Source: an uncultured archaeon (GTDB lineage Archaea > Thermoplasmatota > Penumbrarchaeia > JASLWR01). From it: a stretch of 64,000 nt of DNA. Below are positions 30,223 to 40,833 of this stretch, piece by piece (positions within the stretch are counted from its first letter, which is position 1; each line of letters opens with the position of its first letter). The notes beneath the pieces are model-generated. The model saw only the letters and a list, made by a program, of their open reading frames with translations, searched no databases and was not told where the DNA came from. The position numbers were made by a program, and so were the translations under genes. The stretch covers positions 1-64,000 of the forward strand of contig CAYSHM010000007.1 of the NCBI GenBank assembly GCA_964430885.1, given 5' to 3'.

Positions 30223-30450
30223 TGTAGAATTCCTCAATTTTCATATGCTTCCTGATGCACATATATTATTAATACACATTGTCTGTTGAAATACAGTCTA
30301 TCATGCGTAGGGCTTTGCAGTATCGATATGTTATTTAAATTGAAGGTGCCCAGCAATTATTATCGGGTTTTATATTGAAAAAAAGACCGATTATTCGTGA
30401 TTTAACCGTGTCATTGATGGAATTAATTATTGCTTCTAATGAAACTGCAT

Positions 30451-31104
30451 CTAAAGAACATACAGCAGTATAGAGAAAAAGTGGGCGGTACTTCCGGCCA
30501 AAACGAAAATATGGAACACAGTATGAGCATATTTTCTTCTTTTCATGACATAGAATATAACACCCAAACTGTAGCAGATGCCTCCGAACACTAATAAATA
30601 AAATCCGTTCCTGGGGAGAGCGCTGTAGATTGGTTTTATGGCGCCCAGGCAGAACCAGCCCATAAGCAGATACAGAACAACAGTCAGCTTCATGTACTTT
30701 TTTGGAAATACGGTCTCAACTACGGTTCCGCCCACGGCAAGAACCCAGATCAAACCGAAAATCGTCCAGCCCATCCAACCCCTGATGGTAACAAGAGTAT
30801 ATGGGGTATAGGTTCCGGCTATGAGAATGAATATCGCTGCATGATCCAGAACCTGAAATACCTCCTTGGCCTTCTTATGTGTCAGGGCATGGTATAGCGT
30901 GGACATTGAATAGAGTATGATCAGAGTTGAGCCGAATATCGTGAAGCTGACAACATGCCAAACATCACCATAGAGTGCAGAGAATGCGATCAGCAGAACA
31001 AGTCCCGCAATCCCCAATAATGCTCCCAAACCGTGGGTTATGGAATTGGCAATCTCCTCCCCTTTTGTCTGAGGGTAATGCCTCTTTTTAGATTCTTCAT
31101 CCAT
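30451..31104 (-). CDS. Hemolysin III / PAQR family membrane protein
   Basis: EEIANSITHG, STLYH, DHAAIFILIAGTYTP, HTVFHIFV; seven TMs. Confidence 0.93.
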   Translation of the reverse strand: MDEESKKRHYPQTKGEEIANSITHGLGALLGIAGLVLLIAFSALYGDVWHVVSFTIFGSTLIILYSMSTLYHALTHKKAKEVFQVLDHAAIFILIAGTYTPYTLVTIRGWMGWTIFGLIWVLAVGGTVVETVFPKKYMKLTVVLYLLMGWFCLGAIKPIYSALPRNGFYLLVFGGICYSLGVIFYVMKRRKYAHTVFHIFVLAGSTAHFFSILLYVL

Positions 31105-31289
31105 GAAAATGGCCTTTCCAAAACATTGATAAACTGAAATTGAACTGTGCTGCGTTATTGCGGGTTAACAGCAGTATATTAAATAATTACTGCCTGCAAA
31201 TATCTTCGCAGCCAATGAAACCATTTCCATTATTGGACTTGGGGATTATTCCCGCAATCTATATCTGCAGAATCCGCAATATTATTTTC

Positions 31290-31853
31290 ATGACTCAAAA
31301 GATGCAATTCAAACCCGCTTCTGACTACACCTTTGACGGGATCAAACTGGGAATGAACTTCAAGAATGACATAATGTTCAAAGAACCTTTCAATGTGTTC
31401 TGCGACGACGATCCCATAGATAACGGGACCCGGCTACTGGTGGTTTATACTGCTACTGACTGCCGCAAGACCCGATTTCCTGAAGACACATCGGTGATCA
31501 TGTACTGCCCGGAGTATCCTGAGGACAAGTTCGACCAGCCCTTGGAGGCAATAGCTGTTGTACACGGCAACTATTTCCTCGAAAGGTCTGATTTCCCCAT
31601 CAAAATAAACGAACCATTTGACAGCTATGATATTGAGAGTGAGCCCGTATCTACAAGAATGAAGTTCATCGAGATAATGAGATACGGAGAAGATATTGCG
31701 GTGGTGACAATGGATGTAGGGAATAAGAAACTCATCGGCGGCTACGTCGTTGGTAAGATGCCCGATGATCTGGAGACCGAATCATGGCGCTCCATTTTCA
31801 AAATATACCGCTCCTTCATGCCTGATAAAATAAAGGAATGGTTCAGAAGTTGA
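31290..31853 (+). CDS. Hypothetical protein
   Basis: Open frame with soluble-protein composition; start chosen at ATG 31290. No family recognised. Confidence 0.6.
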   Translation: MTQKMQFKPASDYTFDGIKLGMNFKNDIMFKEPFNVFCDDDPIDNGTRLLVVYTATDCRKTRFPEDTSVIMYCPEYPEDKFDQPLEAIAVVHGNYFLERSDFPIKINEPFDSYDIESEPVSTRMKFIEIMRYGEDIAVVTMDVGNKKLIGGYVVGKMPDDLETESWRSIFKIYRSFMPDKIKEWFRS

Positions 31854-31893
31854 ATCAATTAACTAATTTATTTATCGAATCAATTGAATTTAA

Positions 31894-32655
31894 TTAATTG
31901 ATTTTAAGGATCAAATACATAACTCCAATTAGAACTGGCGGATGAACAATATAGATCAAAAGTGAATGTGTTCCAATTAATTCAATTCCCTTTTTTAATT
32001 TACCTTTAGGCATGTAATTTAATTGAATTCTTCTCTTCCCCAACGGATAAAAATATTTGCCGATAAATAATCCCCATAGAACCAAACCGAACCAGGGCAG
32101 CAGGGGGAAAAGATCGAAGGACTGGTGATCCGCGGGTTCCAAACCGAGCCATATGAAATAGGGAAATGAGAACTCCATATTCCAAAGCAGTGCTCCAGAT
32201 ATCACAAACAGAGCGCCGAAAAACAGATTGGAGTAGTTCAATTTCAGGAAAGGTAAGATCATCACAAGTGATAGGCCAATGAGATGCAGAATGCCGAAGC
32301 GCACATACCTTTCAGGAAAAAGAAAAAAAGTGATACCCGTTATCAGCATTCCCAGCATGAAGATCAGAAAACCCCTTTTTGCGAAAGACAAAAATAATTC
32401 TGAGTCTTTGGCACCCTTTGATTTCATTCTACTGTACTTCAAGGCGGCCGACACACCTAGGACCGATAGAAACAAAACAGGAATACTCCTTCCGAATATC
32501 CACCATCCCCAGCTTTCAAGGGAAAGGGGAATGATACCCAAGTAATCCATGTCGTATGCAGCATGATAGCAGATCATCATGACAACTGCGGCACCCCGAA
32601 CAGCGTCGACCTCCCAGAATCTTCGTTTCTCCGAACCTTCCATGTGTACCTTCAA
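31894..32655 (-). CDS. DUF1624 / HGSNAT catalytic-domain-like membrane protein
   Basis: RFWEVDAVRG..V.MM..YH, FGILHLIG, DLFPLLPWFG, G.HSLLIYIVH. Confidence 0.88.
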   Translation of the reverse strand: MKVHMEGSEKRRFWEVDAVRGAAVVMMICYHAAYDMDYLGIIPLSLESWGWWIFGRSIPVLFLSVLGVSAALKYSRMKSKGAKDSELFLSFAKRGFLIFMLGMLITGITFFLFPERYVRFGILHLIGLSLVMILPFLKLNYSNLFFGALFVISGALLWNMEFSFPYFIWLGLEPADHQSFDLFPLLPWFGLVLWGLFIGKYFYPLGKRRIQLNYMPKGKLKKGIELIGTHSLLIYIVHPPVLIGVMYLILKIN

Positions 32656-32707
32656 TGGTCTTCAAACCCAATAATATTTTAGGCAGAAATGATTATAAAA
32701 TTAACAA

Positions 32708-32733
32708 GTCCCAATCAAATATCAAATTGGGAC
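32708..32733. terminator. Perfect 8-bp inverted repeat downstream of the hcp-cupin pair
   Basis: GTCCCAAT-N10-ATTGGGAC. Confidence 0.45.
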
Positions 32734-32769
32734 CTGGGGCGAGACAATCTTAACGCCCGACCGATTATT

Positions 32770-33108
32770 TCAAAGTAACCGTGTTGATGTTTTCTGTCTG
32801 GGTGATTTGACAACTAGAAATCGGAAATCGGATTCTCCCGAGTTCATCAAACGATGTTTTATCCCCTTCGGGCTCTCGATAAGAGTATCCGTTTCGACTT
32901 CCCGGGTCTCATCACCCACCTCAACTGTCCCATTGCCTTCCAGTATATAGAAGAAAACTTCCGTTGGGGTGATATGGGGTAGGAGAGACTGCCCCGGCGA
33001 CAGTTTAATATGAACCGCCTGGGCATTGGGTTTATCGTAAAGCAGTCGGGCATCAACGTTATGCGGGTTCTTCTTTCCAGAAGCTTCCATGGTCTTGATG
33101 ATCTTCAC
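32770..33108 (-). CDS. Cupin domain protein
   Basis: L.PGQ.L.PH.TP..VFFYILEG.G...VG.E and P.G..H cupin motifs. Follows hcp. Confidence 0.88.
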   Translation of the reverse strand: MKIIKTMEASGKKNPHNVDARLLYDKPNAQAVHIKLSPGQSLLPHITPTEVFFYILEGNGTVEVGDETREVETDTLIESPKGIKHRLMNSGESDFRFLVVKSPRQKTSTRLL

Positions 33109-33152
33109 ATGATCTCCTCCTGTTTTTAATTGTACTTCAGATGTTTTGGGAC

Positions 33153-34805
33153 CTATTTCATCATTTCCTCGATGTCCTTACCAACATCGGTGTTCGGCCC
33201 TATGTTAAAATTTTCAACCAATATTTTTAGGACATTGGGAGAAACAAATGCTGGAAGTGTGGGGCCTAATCGGATGTTCTTGACGCCAAGGTGCAATAGG
33301 GCCAGAAGAACCAGCACCGCTTTTTGCTCGTACCAGGCAATATTGTATTCAACGGGCAGATCGTTTATATCAACACCCAAATGGTCTGCTAATTTAACTG
33401 CGAAAAGTGCCAGGGAAAAGGAATCGTTACACTGCCCGGCGTCTATGACCCTGGGTATACCACCGATGTCATCGGTTATCAGTTTATTGTACCGGTATTT
33501 GGCGCACCCTGCTGTAAGAATCACTGCATCCTTGGGCAGGGCTTCAGCAAAATTCGAATAGTACTGGCGGGAACGATGCCTACCATCGCACCCTGCCATT
33601 ACCACGAACTTGCTTATCTTCCCCTCAGTTACTGCCTCAAGTACCGTATCCCGAAGGGACCAAAGAGTACGGTGATTGAAACCTCCGGTTATACTGCCTT
33701 TTTCGATTTCTACCGGGGGCTGACATCCCTTTGCGTGCTCAATTATCCCGCTGAAATCCTTTCCTCTCCCGTCCTCCCTGTCAGATATATGATTGAGACC
33801 GTCGAAACCAACCATCCCTGTAGTATATACCCTGTTTCTGTAACCATCTTTCGGTGGTACAAGGCAATTGGTCGTAAGCAGGACCGGACCGTTGAAAGAA
33901 TCGAATTCCGAGGTCTGCTTCCACCATGATCCCCCGTAATTTCCCGTCAGATGAGAATATTTCTTCAATTCAGGATAATAATGGGCCGGAAGCATCTCGC
34001 CATGGGTATATATGTCTACACCGCCGTCCTCTGACTGTTCCAATAGTTCCTTCAGATCCTTCAGGTCGTGACCAGAGACCAATATTCCCGGTCTATGGCC
34101 AACGCCTATATTGACCTCCGAGGGTTCAGGTATGCCATAGGTCGTGGTATTTGCTTCATCCAGAAGGGACATTGTTGTAACACCCAGTTCACCGCATTTC
34201 AGTACCAAACCTAGAAGCTCATCAACAGATTTTTTCTCATCGCCGTAGGCAAGAATGGCCTCATGGATAAATGCGAACAGGCCCGGGTCCCGGTATCCGA
34301 GGACCAAAGCATGGTGCAGGTAGGCTGCCATACCCCTGATGCCGTAAAGCAGAAGTGATGAAAGTGACCTCTTGTCCTCATCCATTATGGATAATTGGCC
34401 CACGCTTGCTGCTTTCATAAGAGCCTCATCCTCATTCACAAAGCTCCAAACAGCGTATTCTGGCAGCTCTCCATTGGATTCCCATCCGTTTTTCTCGAGC
34501 TCAGCTCTGAGAACATCTCTAAGTTTGATTGTTTCCAGGATATATTCTATCATCCTGTCTTTACTGAAATTGGCGTTTGTTATTGTAGAAAATAGATATT
34601 TTACCGCCATATCATCTGCTTCTTTTGAATTGGCTTTCTTTACAGTTAGTTCATTCTGGTAAAACGATAAACCCTTCAGAGCAAAAATAAGAAGATCCTG
34701 CAGATCGCTAACTTCTCCGGTCTTACCGCATACTCCCATTTTCTGGCATGCAATATTCCTACTTGTTTCCTGACATTGATTGCAAAACATTTTTTCACCT
34801 GTCAA
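33153..34805 (-). CDS. hcp: Hybrid cluster protein (hydroxylamine/NO reductase)
   Basis: MFCNQCQE....C...GVCGK, SGHDL, YTHGEMLPAH, TTNC, AGCDG, GCAKYRYNK, GQCNDS, WYEQKAV. Confidence 0.97.
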   Translation of the reverse strand: MTGEKMFCNQCQETSRNIACQKMGVCGKTGEVSDLQDLLIFALKGLSFYQNELTVKKANSKEADDMAVKYLFSTITNANFSKDRMIEYILETIKLRDVLRAELEKNGWESNGELPEYAVWSFVNEDEALMKAASVGQLSIMDEDKRSLSSLLLYGIRGMAAYLHHALVLGYRDPGLFAFIHEAILAYGDEKKSVDELLGLVLKCGELGVTTMSLLDEANTTTYGIPEPSEVNIGVGHRPGILVSGHDLKDLKELLEQSEDGGVDIYTHGEMLPAHYYPELKKYSHLTGNYGGSWWKQTSEFDSFNGPVLLTTNCLVPPKDGYRNRVYTTGMVGFDGLNHISDREDGRGKDFSGIIEHAKGCQPPVEIEKGSITGGFNHRTLWSLRDTVLEAVTEGKISKFVVMAGCDGRHRSRQYYSNFAEALPKDAVILTAGCAKYRYNKLITDDIGGIPRVIDAGQCNDSFSLALFAVKLADHLGVDINDLPVEYNIAWYEQKAVLVLLALLHLGVKNIRLGPTLPAFVSPNVLKILVENFNIGPNTDVGKDIEEMMK

Positions 34806-34919
34806 TAAGATATATTTTTTATACTAAATAGTTTAATGATACTTTGATATATAAATGAAGGAGTTACTATAAGTATACCGTGTACCACCAATATTTAATA
34901 ATAACTGAGGGAAAAATAA

Positions 34920-35231
34920 TTATTTCTTCGGTATAATCAAAGTCAATAGATCCCTCAACTCATCCTTTGTACTATTATCATCCCTATGATAGAAAAGCCA
35001 TATCTCAAGCTCCCCCTTGCGGGTCTTTTCCTTAGGAACTAATTTGCACTCGTATTCCTCCATGCCTGAACTTGAAAAACCATGAATGCGTTCTCCGAAA
35101 TCCGAAGAACGGAATATCTCCACCCGTCCCTTTTCACCTCCAATAATTATCACCCTTTGATTCTCATCTAGATCAACAGAATAGTTTTCAGGGTAATGGA
35201 TCGAGCAGAAATCATGATCAAAGGTCTTCAT
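34920..35231 (-). CDS. Hypothetical protein
   Basis: 103-aa ORF filling the gap between hcp and the HxlR gene; GAGG upstream. Confidence 0.55.
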   Translation of the reverse strand: MKTFDHDFCSIHYPENYSVDLDENQRVIIIGGEKGRVEIFRSSDFGERIHGFSSSGMEEYECKLVPKEKTRKGELEIWLFYHRDDNSTKDELRDLLTLIIPKK

Positions 35232-35377
35232 ATCATCAGCCTCTCAATAACAATTTGGAATCCATATCTAATGGGGCTCAATGAATATAAATATTGGCCG
35301 CTGTTAAGTAGATATAAAATCCATATTAAGTAATTTTTGTATATCAATTATTAAATATAGAGTCAATTACACAGCAT

Positions 35378-35737
35378 ATGCATCGAAACTGTACGGTATA
35401 CCAAACCATAGATCTAGTAGCGAAGAAATGGTCCATGCTAATACTATTGGAGCTTTACAGAGAAGGTGGAGGGTGGAAAAGGTATTCCACTATCAAAAGG
35501 GGAGTTATGGGAATAACCCCGAAAATGCTCTCCGAAAGACTCAAGGAGCTCGAGGAAACTAGACTTATCAATCGGAAAGTAGACCATTCCAATATACCTA
35601 TCAAGGTCAAATATGAGCTAACAGAGATGGGTCTTGATCTTATAGATGTCATCAAGGGGTTTAAAAGCTGGGCCCACCGTTGGATCGTTGAGAACAAAGT
35701 CTGCGCTAGCCTAGACTGCAGTGAATGCACCCTTTGA
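35378..35737 (+). CDS. HxlR-family winged-helix regulator
   Basis: N-terminal Cys, KKWSMLIL, GITPKMLSERLKELE, P.KV.YELTEMG; C-terminal C-x4-C-x2-C. Confidence 0.92.
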   Translation: MHRNCTVYQTIDLVAKKWSMLILLELYREGGGWKRYSTIKRGVMGITPKMLSERLKELEETRLINRKVDHSNIPIKVKYELTEMGLDLIDVIKGFKSWAHRWIVENKVCASLDCSECTL

Positions 35738-35825
35738 ATACCTACAGCTTTGTTTTCACCGCTGAAATAATCATACCGAATTTTTGCGATGGTTATTCTT
35801 TTATAATATCATAATAATCCTTAAC

Positions 35826-35854
35826 CGTAGCACGATTTTTATTAAGTTGCTACG
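35826..35854. promoter_or_regulatory. NikR-like operator palindrome
   Basis: CGTAGCA-N15-TGCTACG perfect inverted repeat about 35 nt upstream of a His-rich Ni/Co transporter. Confidence 0.6.
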
Positions 35855-35888
35855 ATTTGAAGAATCAATAAAACAGGTTCACAGGTGA

Positions 35889-36605
35889 TTGAATTTGACA
35901 TTATCATTCTCAGTTCTGGCAGGAACCGCTTTCATCATAGCACTGACCCACACCCTTTTGGGGCCTGACCATTATATGCCTTTCATCGTACTTTCAAAAT
36001 CCAGGGGGTGGAAAATAAAGAAAACACTTCTTATCACCCTTTTATGCGGAATAGGACATGTTCTCAGCTCAATACTTCTAGGGGCAATAGGTCTGGCCTT
36101 AGGTATCGCCCTTACAAGCCTTGAGACCATCGAATCATACCGAGGCGAGATCGCGGCATGGTTTCTCTTTATTTTCGGCATTACTTATCTAGTATGGGGA
36201 ATACACCGAGCTGTTAAGAATAAGCCTCATAAACATATCCATCATCATATGGACGGAACAAAGCACGCCCACGAGCATACTCACCGCGACATGCACACCC
36301 ACGTCCACCCGGACAAGAAGAAAAAACTGACCCCATGGGTGCTATTCATCATATTTGTTTTCGGGCCCTGCGAACCCCTGATACCGCTTCTCATGTTCCC
36401 TGCTCTCGACCACAGTCCTGTTACTGTAGTAGCTGTGGCTCTGATTTTCGGAATAACTACCATCGCTACAATGCTGGGTATAGTGACACTTTCCCATTAC
36501 GGGCTCTCAAGGATCGTCAGTCCCAAGGTAGAGAGGTTCGGCCATCCCATAGCAGGTGCAGTTCTGGTATTGTGCGGTGTTGCCATACTGTTTATTGGGT
36601 TGTGA
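35889..36605 (+). CDS. His-rich nickel/cobalt transporter-like membrane protein (UreH/NiCoT-like)
   Basis: HTLLGPDH motif, GHVLSS, central His-rich loop, FGPCEPLIP; six or more TMs. Confidence 0.82.
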   Translation: MNLTLSFSVLAGTAFIIALTHTLLGPDHYMPFIVLSKSRGWKIKKTLLITLLCGIGHVLSSILLGAIGLALGIALTSLETIESYRGEIAAWFLFIFGITYLVWGIHRAVKNKPHKHIHHHMDGTKHAHEHTHRDMHTHVHPDKKKKLTPWVLFIIFVFGPCEPLIPLLMFPALDHSPVTVVAVALIFGITTIATMLGIVTLSHYGLSRIVSPKVERFGHPIAGAVLVLCGVAILFIGL

Positions 36606-36649
36606 TCCGGGAGGATCCAATATGACTGAAATCTGCCCGGTAATGACTT

Positions 36650-37885
36650 CTAGACCCCTGCGAAGAGCGCGGCGAAAACTTTGCAGTCGCCCATTAGATT
36701 CTTTTTGTAGATGAACTCATTTGGTGCGTGCGCCTGATGAGCTATTCTGCTCCAGACCGCTGCGTTGAAACCAGCCCGTCTGAAAATGGCTCCGCATGTG
36801 CCCCCGCCTATGCCGCCGGGTTTGGGTTCCACCCTGTAAACGTATCTTATCGCGTCCATGAGCCGGGTCACAATAGGGGCATCGGCTGGGGTCGGAGGTG
36901 CTGCTCGGTCATAGTTCTCCTTCTCTACGGTGATCGTTACATTGAACTCCTTCTCTATCTCAAAGGCGAGCTCTTTCATATCTCTGAGAATATCCTCGGG
37001 ATCATAATCAGGCAAAATCCTCATATCGAAAAAGGAGATATCCTCACCGGGAATGGTGTTGATGTTTCCCACATTGGGTAGTCTTCTGGTAGGTTCGAAA
37101 GTGGATTCAGGCGGATCGAAGAGATCGTCCTGATAATTGTACTTGCTGTGGAGCATCTCATCTGCCTTTATCAGATATTTCATGGCTGCTCTGTTGGCAT
37201 TGTTGCCCTGATCGGGTGATGAGGCATGGCACTGCTTGCCTATGGTGGTGACTTTGAGCCACATTATACTCTTTTCTGATATCTCAATAAAACTTCCGTC
37301 TGGCAGTCCGAAATCAGGTACAAGTATCAGATCCTTTTCCTTGTTGAAAAGCTGGGTGTTCTTGACCAGGTATTTTATCCCGTAGGTTGAACCCACTTCC
37401 TCATCGGCCACAAATGCCAGACCTATATTGTAATCGTGTTTGATACCTGTATCCAAGATAGCTTTGGCAGCGAATAGAGAGGCGATAAGGGACTGTGTGT
37501 TATCCTCCACTCCCCGGCCTATTATCCGGTCCTCGGTTTCCACTGGTTCGTATGGGTCGGTATCCCAAAGTTTCATATCTCCCTCGGGGACTACATCGGT
37601 ATGAGCAACTGACCAGATGGTGCCTTTATCAGGCTGTTTTCCTGCTACAAGCGCTATGATGTTCGGCCTGAATTCAGCTGAGACCCTCTTGTCTGGAGCC
37701 TTAACTATCTTCACATCCTCAAAACCCATCTCCCGCATAATATGTACCAGATATTTTGCTTTTTCAAGCTCTCCGTCGCCTTCGTTCTCAGGAGCCAGTG
37801 CCTTGATCCTAACAACATTCATCAGCGTATCGTACATCTGCCTCTCGTAGCTGTTGATCTTCTCAAATACATTTTCCATGTTCAT
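36650..37885 (-). CDS. M20 family metallohydrolase (ArgE/DapE-like)
   Basis: AHTDVVP, GRGVEDN, ADEEVGS, GKQCHAS, NINTIPG, GGGT, AHAPNE. Confidence 0.92.
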   Translation of the reverse strand: MNMENVFEKINSYERQMYDTLMNVVRIKALAPENEGDGELEKAKYLVHIMREMGFEDVKIVKAPDKRVSAEFRPNIIALVAGKQPDKGTIWSVAHTDVVPEGDMKLWDTDPYEPVETEDRIIGRGVEDNTQSLIASLFAAKAILDTGIKHDYNIGLAFVADEEVGSTYGIKYLVKNTQLFNKEKDLILVPDFGLPDGSFIEISEKSIMWLKVTTIGKQCHASSPDQGNNANRAAMKYLIKADEMLHSKYNYQDDLFDPPESTFEPTRRLPNVGNINTIPGEDISFFDMRILPDYDPEDILRDMKELAFEIEKEFNVTITVEKENYDRAAPPTPADAPIVTRLMDAIRYVYRVEPKPGGIGGGTCGAIFRRAGFNAAVWSRIAHQAHAPNEFIYKKNLMGDCKVFAALFAGV

Positions 37886-38081
37886 ACTACCACTCCGATA
37901 TCAAAAACTTCAATCTCTAACTGTCTAAACCAATAATGTTTTAATATTTCTCTTTTACCTATATAGTTGGTTCTCAATGAAGTAAGAAAGTTCCCGGCAT
38001 GCTTATCTAGATTCCTTTTTTCCTTCCAGGTACCCCCTTAACTCTAATAAGATTGGAATGATACCTTAATGACCATAATGT

Positions 38082-38089
38082 TTTATATA
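38082..38089 (+). promoter_or_regulatory. Archaeal TATA box for the thermosome gene
   Basis: TTTATATA about 35 nt upstream of the ATG; GAGGTG RBS at 38112-38117. Confidence 0.45.
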
Positions 38090-38123
38090 GAAGTTATAGC
38101 ATATTCCTGCCGAGGTGTTTTAT

Positions 38124-39749
38124 ATGATGGGAGGTCAACCAGTTATACTACTTAAAGAAGGTACTAGAAGAGACAGGGGCAAATCAGCCCAGAGCAATAA
38201 TATCAAGGCTGCAAAGGCCATATCCGAAGCGGTAAGATCAACCCTTGGACCCAAGGGCATGGACAAGATGCTAGTGGATTCAATGGGTGATGTAGTGATC
38301 ACAAACGACGGTGTTACCATACTCAAGGAGATCGATGTTGAGCACCCGGCCGCCAAGATGGTAATTGAAGTGGCCAAGACACTGGATGAGGAATGCGGCG
38401 ACGGAACCACCACTGCCGTTGTCCTGGCAGGGGAACTGTTGAAACGTTCAGAGGAACTCATCGAACAGAATGTCCACCCAACGCTCATCATTTCCGGTTA
38501 CAGGAAAGCTGCGGGGAAAGCAAGCCAGATATACAAGGAACTCGCTATAGAGATCGATTGGAATGACAAGGAAATGCTGGCCGCATTGTCCAATACTTCC
38601 ATGACAGGAAAGAACGCTGAAATAATCAAGGAACATCTTTCCAAACTGGCAATAGAGGCGGTTCTCAGTGTGGCAGAGAAGGAGGACGAAGGGTACATCG
38701 TGGACCAGGCCAATATCAAGGTGGAGAAGAAACAGGGAGCCACAGGTGAGGAATCCAGCATTATTGACGGCATTATAATCGACAAGGACAGGGTTCATTC
38801 AGGAATGCCCAGGAGAATCAGAGAAGCGAAGATAGCACTGGTCAACTCGGCCTTCGAGGTAAAGAAGACCGAGGTCGATGCAAAGATATCCATCAGGGAC
38901 CCGTCCCAACTGCAGGAATTTTTGGATCAGGAGGAAAGAGCTCTTAGGAAATACATCGATGTGATCAAGGAAGCAGGGGCAAATGTGGTCATATGTCAGA
39001 AAGGCATCGATGATCTGGCACAGCATTTCCTTGCCAAGGAAGGAATATTCGCAATAAGAAGGGCAAAGAAATCCGATATGGAAAAACTCTCCAAAGCCAC
39101 CAGTGCTAGGATAATCACCAGTATTACCGACATTGCCGCCGATGATCTGGGATATGCGGAGATCGTGGAGGAGAAAAAGATATCCGACGACAAGATGACC
39201 TTCGTCAAAGGCTGCAAGAATCCCAAAGCCGTTTCCGTCCTTATCAGAGGCACCACTGAACATGTGGTTGATGAACTGGAAAGAGCTTTTCAGGATGCGC
39301 TCGGAGTGGTAGCTACAGCTGTTGAGGAGAACAAGATCATCGCGGGAGGGGGATCCATGCATGTGGAGATCGCCCAGAGGCTCAAGGAATATGCTGCCTT
39401 TGTAGGCGGAAGGGAGCAGATGGCAATAGAGGAGTTCGCCAATGCCATAGAGATCATCCCAAGAACTCTAGCTGAGAATGCAGGTCTTGACCCGGTCAAT
39501 ACACTGATAGATCTGAGAAAGGCTCACAAGGAAGGAAATGTACACGCGGGTCTGGATGTGTTCACAGGCAAGGTCATCAACATGCTCAAGGCAAATGTGG
39601 TGGAACCCCTTAAAGTGGGACTTCAGACCATGGGCTCAGCAACAGAAGCATCGGTCATGATCCTCCGGATCGACGATGTCATTGCGGCAAAGGAGATGTC
39701 CGGACCTGTACCCGGTGGAGCAGGAATGGGCGGTATGCCTCCAATGTGA
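38124..39749 (+). CDS. Thermosome subunit (group II chaperonin)
   Basis: [42 protein letters not shown] tail. Confidence 0.98.
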   Translation: MMGGQPVILLKEGTRRDRGKSAQSNNIKAAKAISEAVRSTLGPKGMDKMLVDSMGDVVITNDGVTILKEIDVEHPAAKMVIEVAKTLDEECGDGTTTAVVLAGELLKRSEELIEQNVHPTLIISGYRKAAGKASQIYKELAIEIDWNDKEMLAALSNTSMTGKNAEIIKEHLSKLAIEAVLSVAEKEDEGYIVDQANIKVEKKQGATGEESSIIDGIIIDKDRVHSGMPRRIREAKIALVNSAFEVKKTEVDAKISIRDPSQLQEFLDQEERALRKYIDVIKEAGANVVICQKGIDDLAQHFLAKEGIFAIRRAKKSDMEKLSKATSARIITSITDIAADDLGYAEIVEEKKISDDKMTFVKGCKNPKAVSVLIRGTTEHVVDELERAFQDALGVVATAVEENKIIAGGGSMHVEIAQRLKEYAAFVGGREQMAIEEFANAIEIIPRTLAENAGLDPVNTLIDLRKAHKEGNVHAGLDVFTGKVINMLKANVVEPLKVGLQTMGSATEASVMILRIDDVIAAKEMSGPVPGGAGMGGMPPM

Positions 39750-39790
39750 TCGATATTGAAAAATATTATAATAATTCCGATTTGTAATAC

Positions 39791-39826
39791 CGGGGGTGAT
39801 AATTCACCTCCGCGTTATTTCTTTTT
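39791..39826 (+). terminator. Hairpin plus T-rich tract between convergent thermosome and nfo genes
   Basis: CGGGGGTGA-TAAT-TCACCTCCG followed by TTATTTCTTTTT. Confidence 0.55.
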
Positions 39827-39833
39827 ACCATTC

Positions 39834-40679
39834 TTAATATCTCAATTCGTCATATAGGTTTTTCATGAGAATTGCATCATCCTCAATATTGGGACTTTCC
39901 GATATTGCCACACCTCTGCAGTCAAAATCACAGAGCGCACGGATTAGATCCCTGTAATTGAGATCGGAATCATCCAGTTCAAGGTGTTTCTGTTCGCCTT
40001 TTTCCCCGTACTGGACACCGGAAATGTGCATATGCATATCCCTTAGTTCCCCAGAGCCCAACCTGTCCTCTATGAGACCCAGAACCGTGGAGAACTCATC
40101 ATAGCTGTTGTATTCTCCTTTATATGCATGAAGATGAGCAAAATCAATACAGGGGTGGAGCCCTTCCAATTCATCGCATATTTCCAAGAGCTCATCAAGC
40201 TTTCCAAATGATTTGGCCTTTCCCATCAATTCCGGACATACCCTGATATCATTCCCCTCGTCCTCCAATACACTCAGCACTTCAGTAAGCCCTTTCTTTA
40301 CAAGCTCCAAGGTCTTACCCACATCATCCTTGTAATAATATCCCGCATGAAAAGTTATAGACCTAGCACCGCATTTCCAACCAGCTCTAGCGGTTCTCAA
40401 GATCCGCTCAACTGAACTCCTCCGGACATCCAGTTTAAGTGAAGCGAGGTTTATCCAATATGGACCATGGGCGGTAAGATGCACCCTGTTCTCCTCTGCT
40501 CTTCTTCTGACATCTTCTGCAAGGGTGTCACTCATCCTTACTCCCCTTACAAATTCAAGCTCCATAACATCCAGATCCAGTTCCCTCACCCTCCGTACAC
40601 CGTTCGGAGATGTAGGGTTCTTGGTTGACAGGGGTATTCCCGCACATCCGAAATATATTTTTTTCATTTTCTGCACCAA
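39834..40679 (-). CDS. nfo: Endonuclease IV (archaeal type)
   Basis: MELEFVRGV, HGPYWINL, FHAGYY, PELMGK, IDFAHLHA, HMHISG, ISESP. Confidence 0.92.
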   Translation of the reverse strand: MVQKMKKIYFGCAGIPLSTKNPTSPNGVRRVRELDLDVMELEFVRGVRMSDTLAEDVRRRAEENRVHLTAHGPYWINLASLKLDVRRSSVERILRTARAGWKCGARSITFHAGYYYKDDVGKTLELVKKGLTEVLSVLEDEGNDIRVCPELMGKAKSFGKLDELLEICDELEGLHPCIDFAHLHAYKGEYNSYDEFSTVLGLIEDRLGSGELRDMHMHISGVQYGEKGEQKHLELDDSDLNYRDLIRALCDFDCRGVAISESPNIEDDAILMKNLYDELRY

Positions 40680-40833
40680 AGCTAACCGATTTATCGATAG
40701 AACGCGGCCCGATGGAAAAAGCAGTTCTTTTCGGTTACAATATAAAGGAATTATTATATATCTGTATCATATTAGCATTGATATATAATATTACTCAAGA
40801 ACAAAATTACAATATTACTAACTGAATATTACG

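Noticed and set aside
30451-31104. 'Hemolysin III' as a virulence factor
   Set aside because: This is a widespread PAQR-family membrane protein; the name does not imply toxin function.
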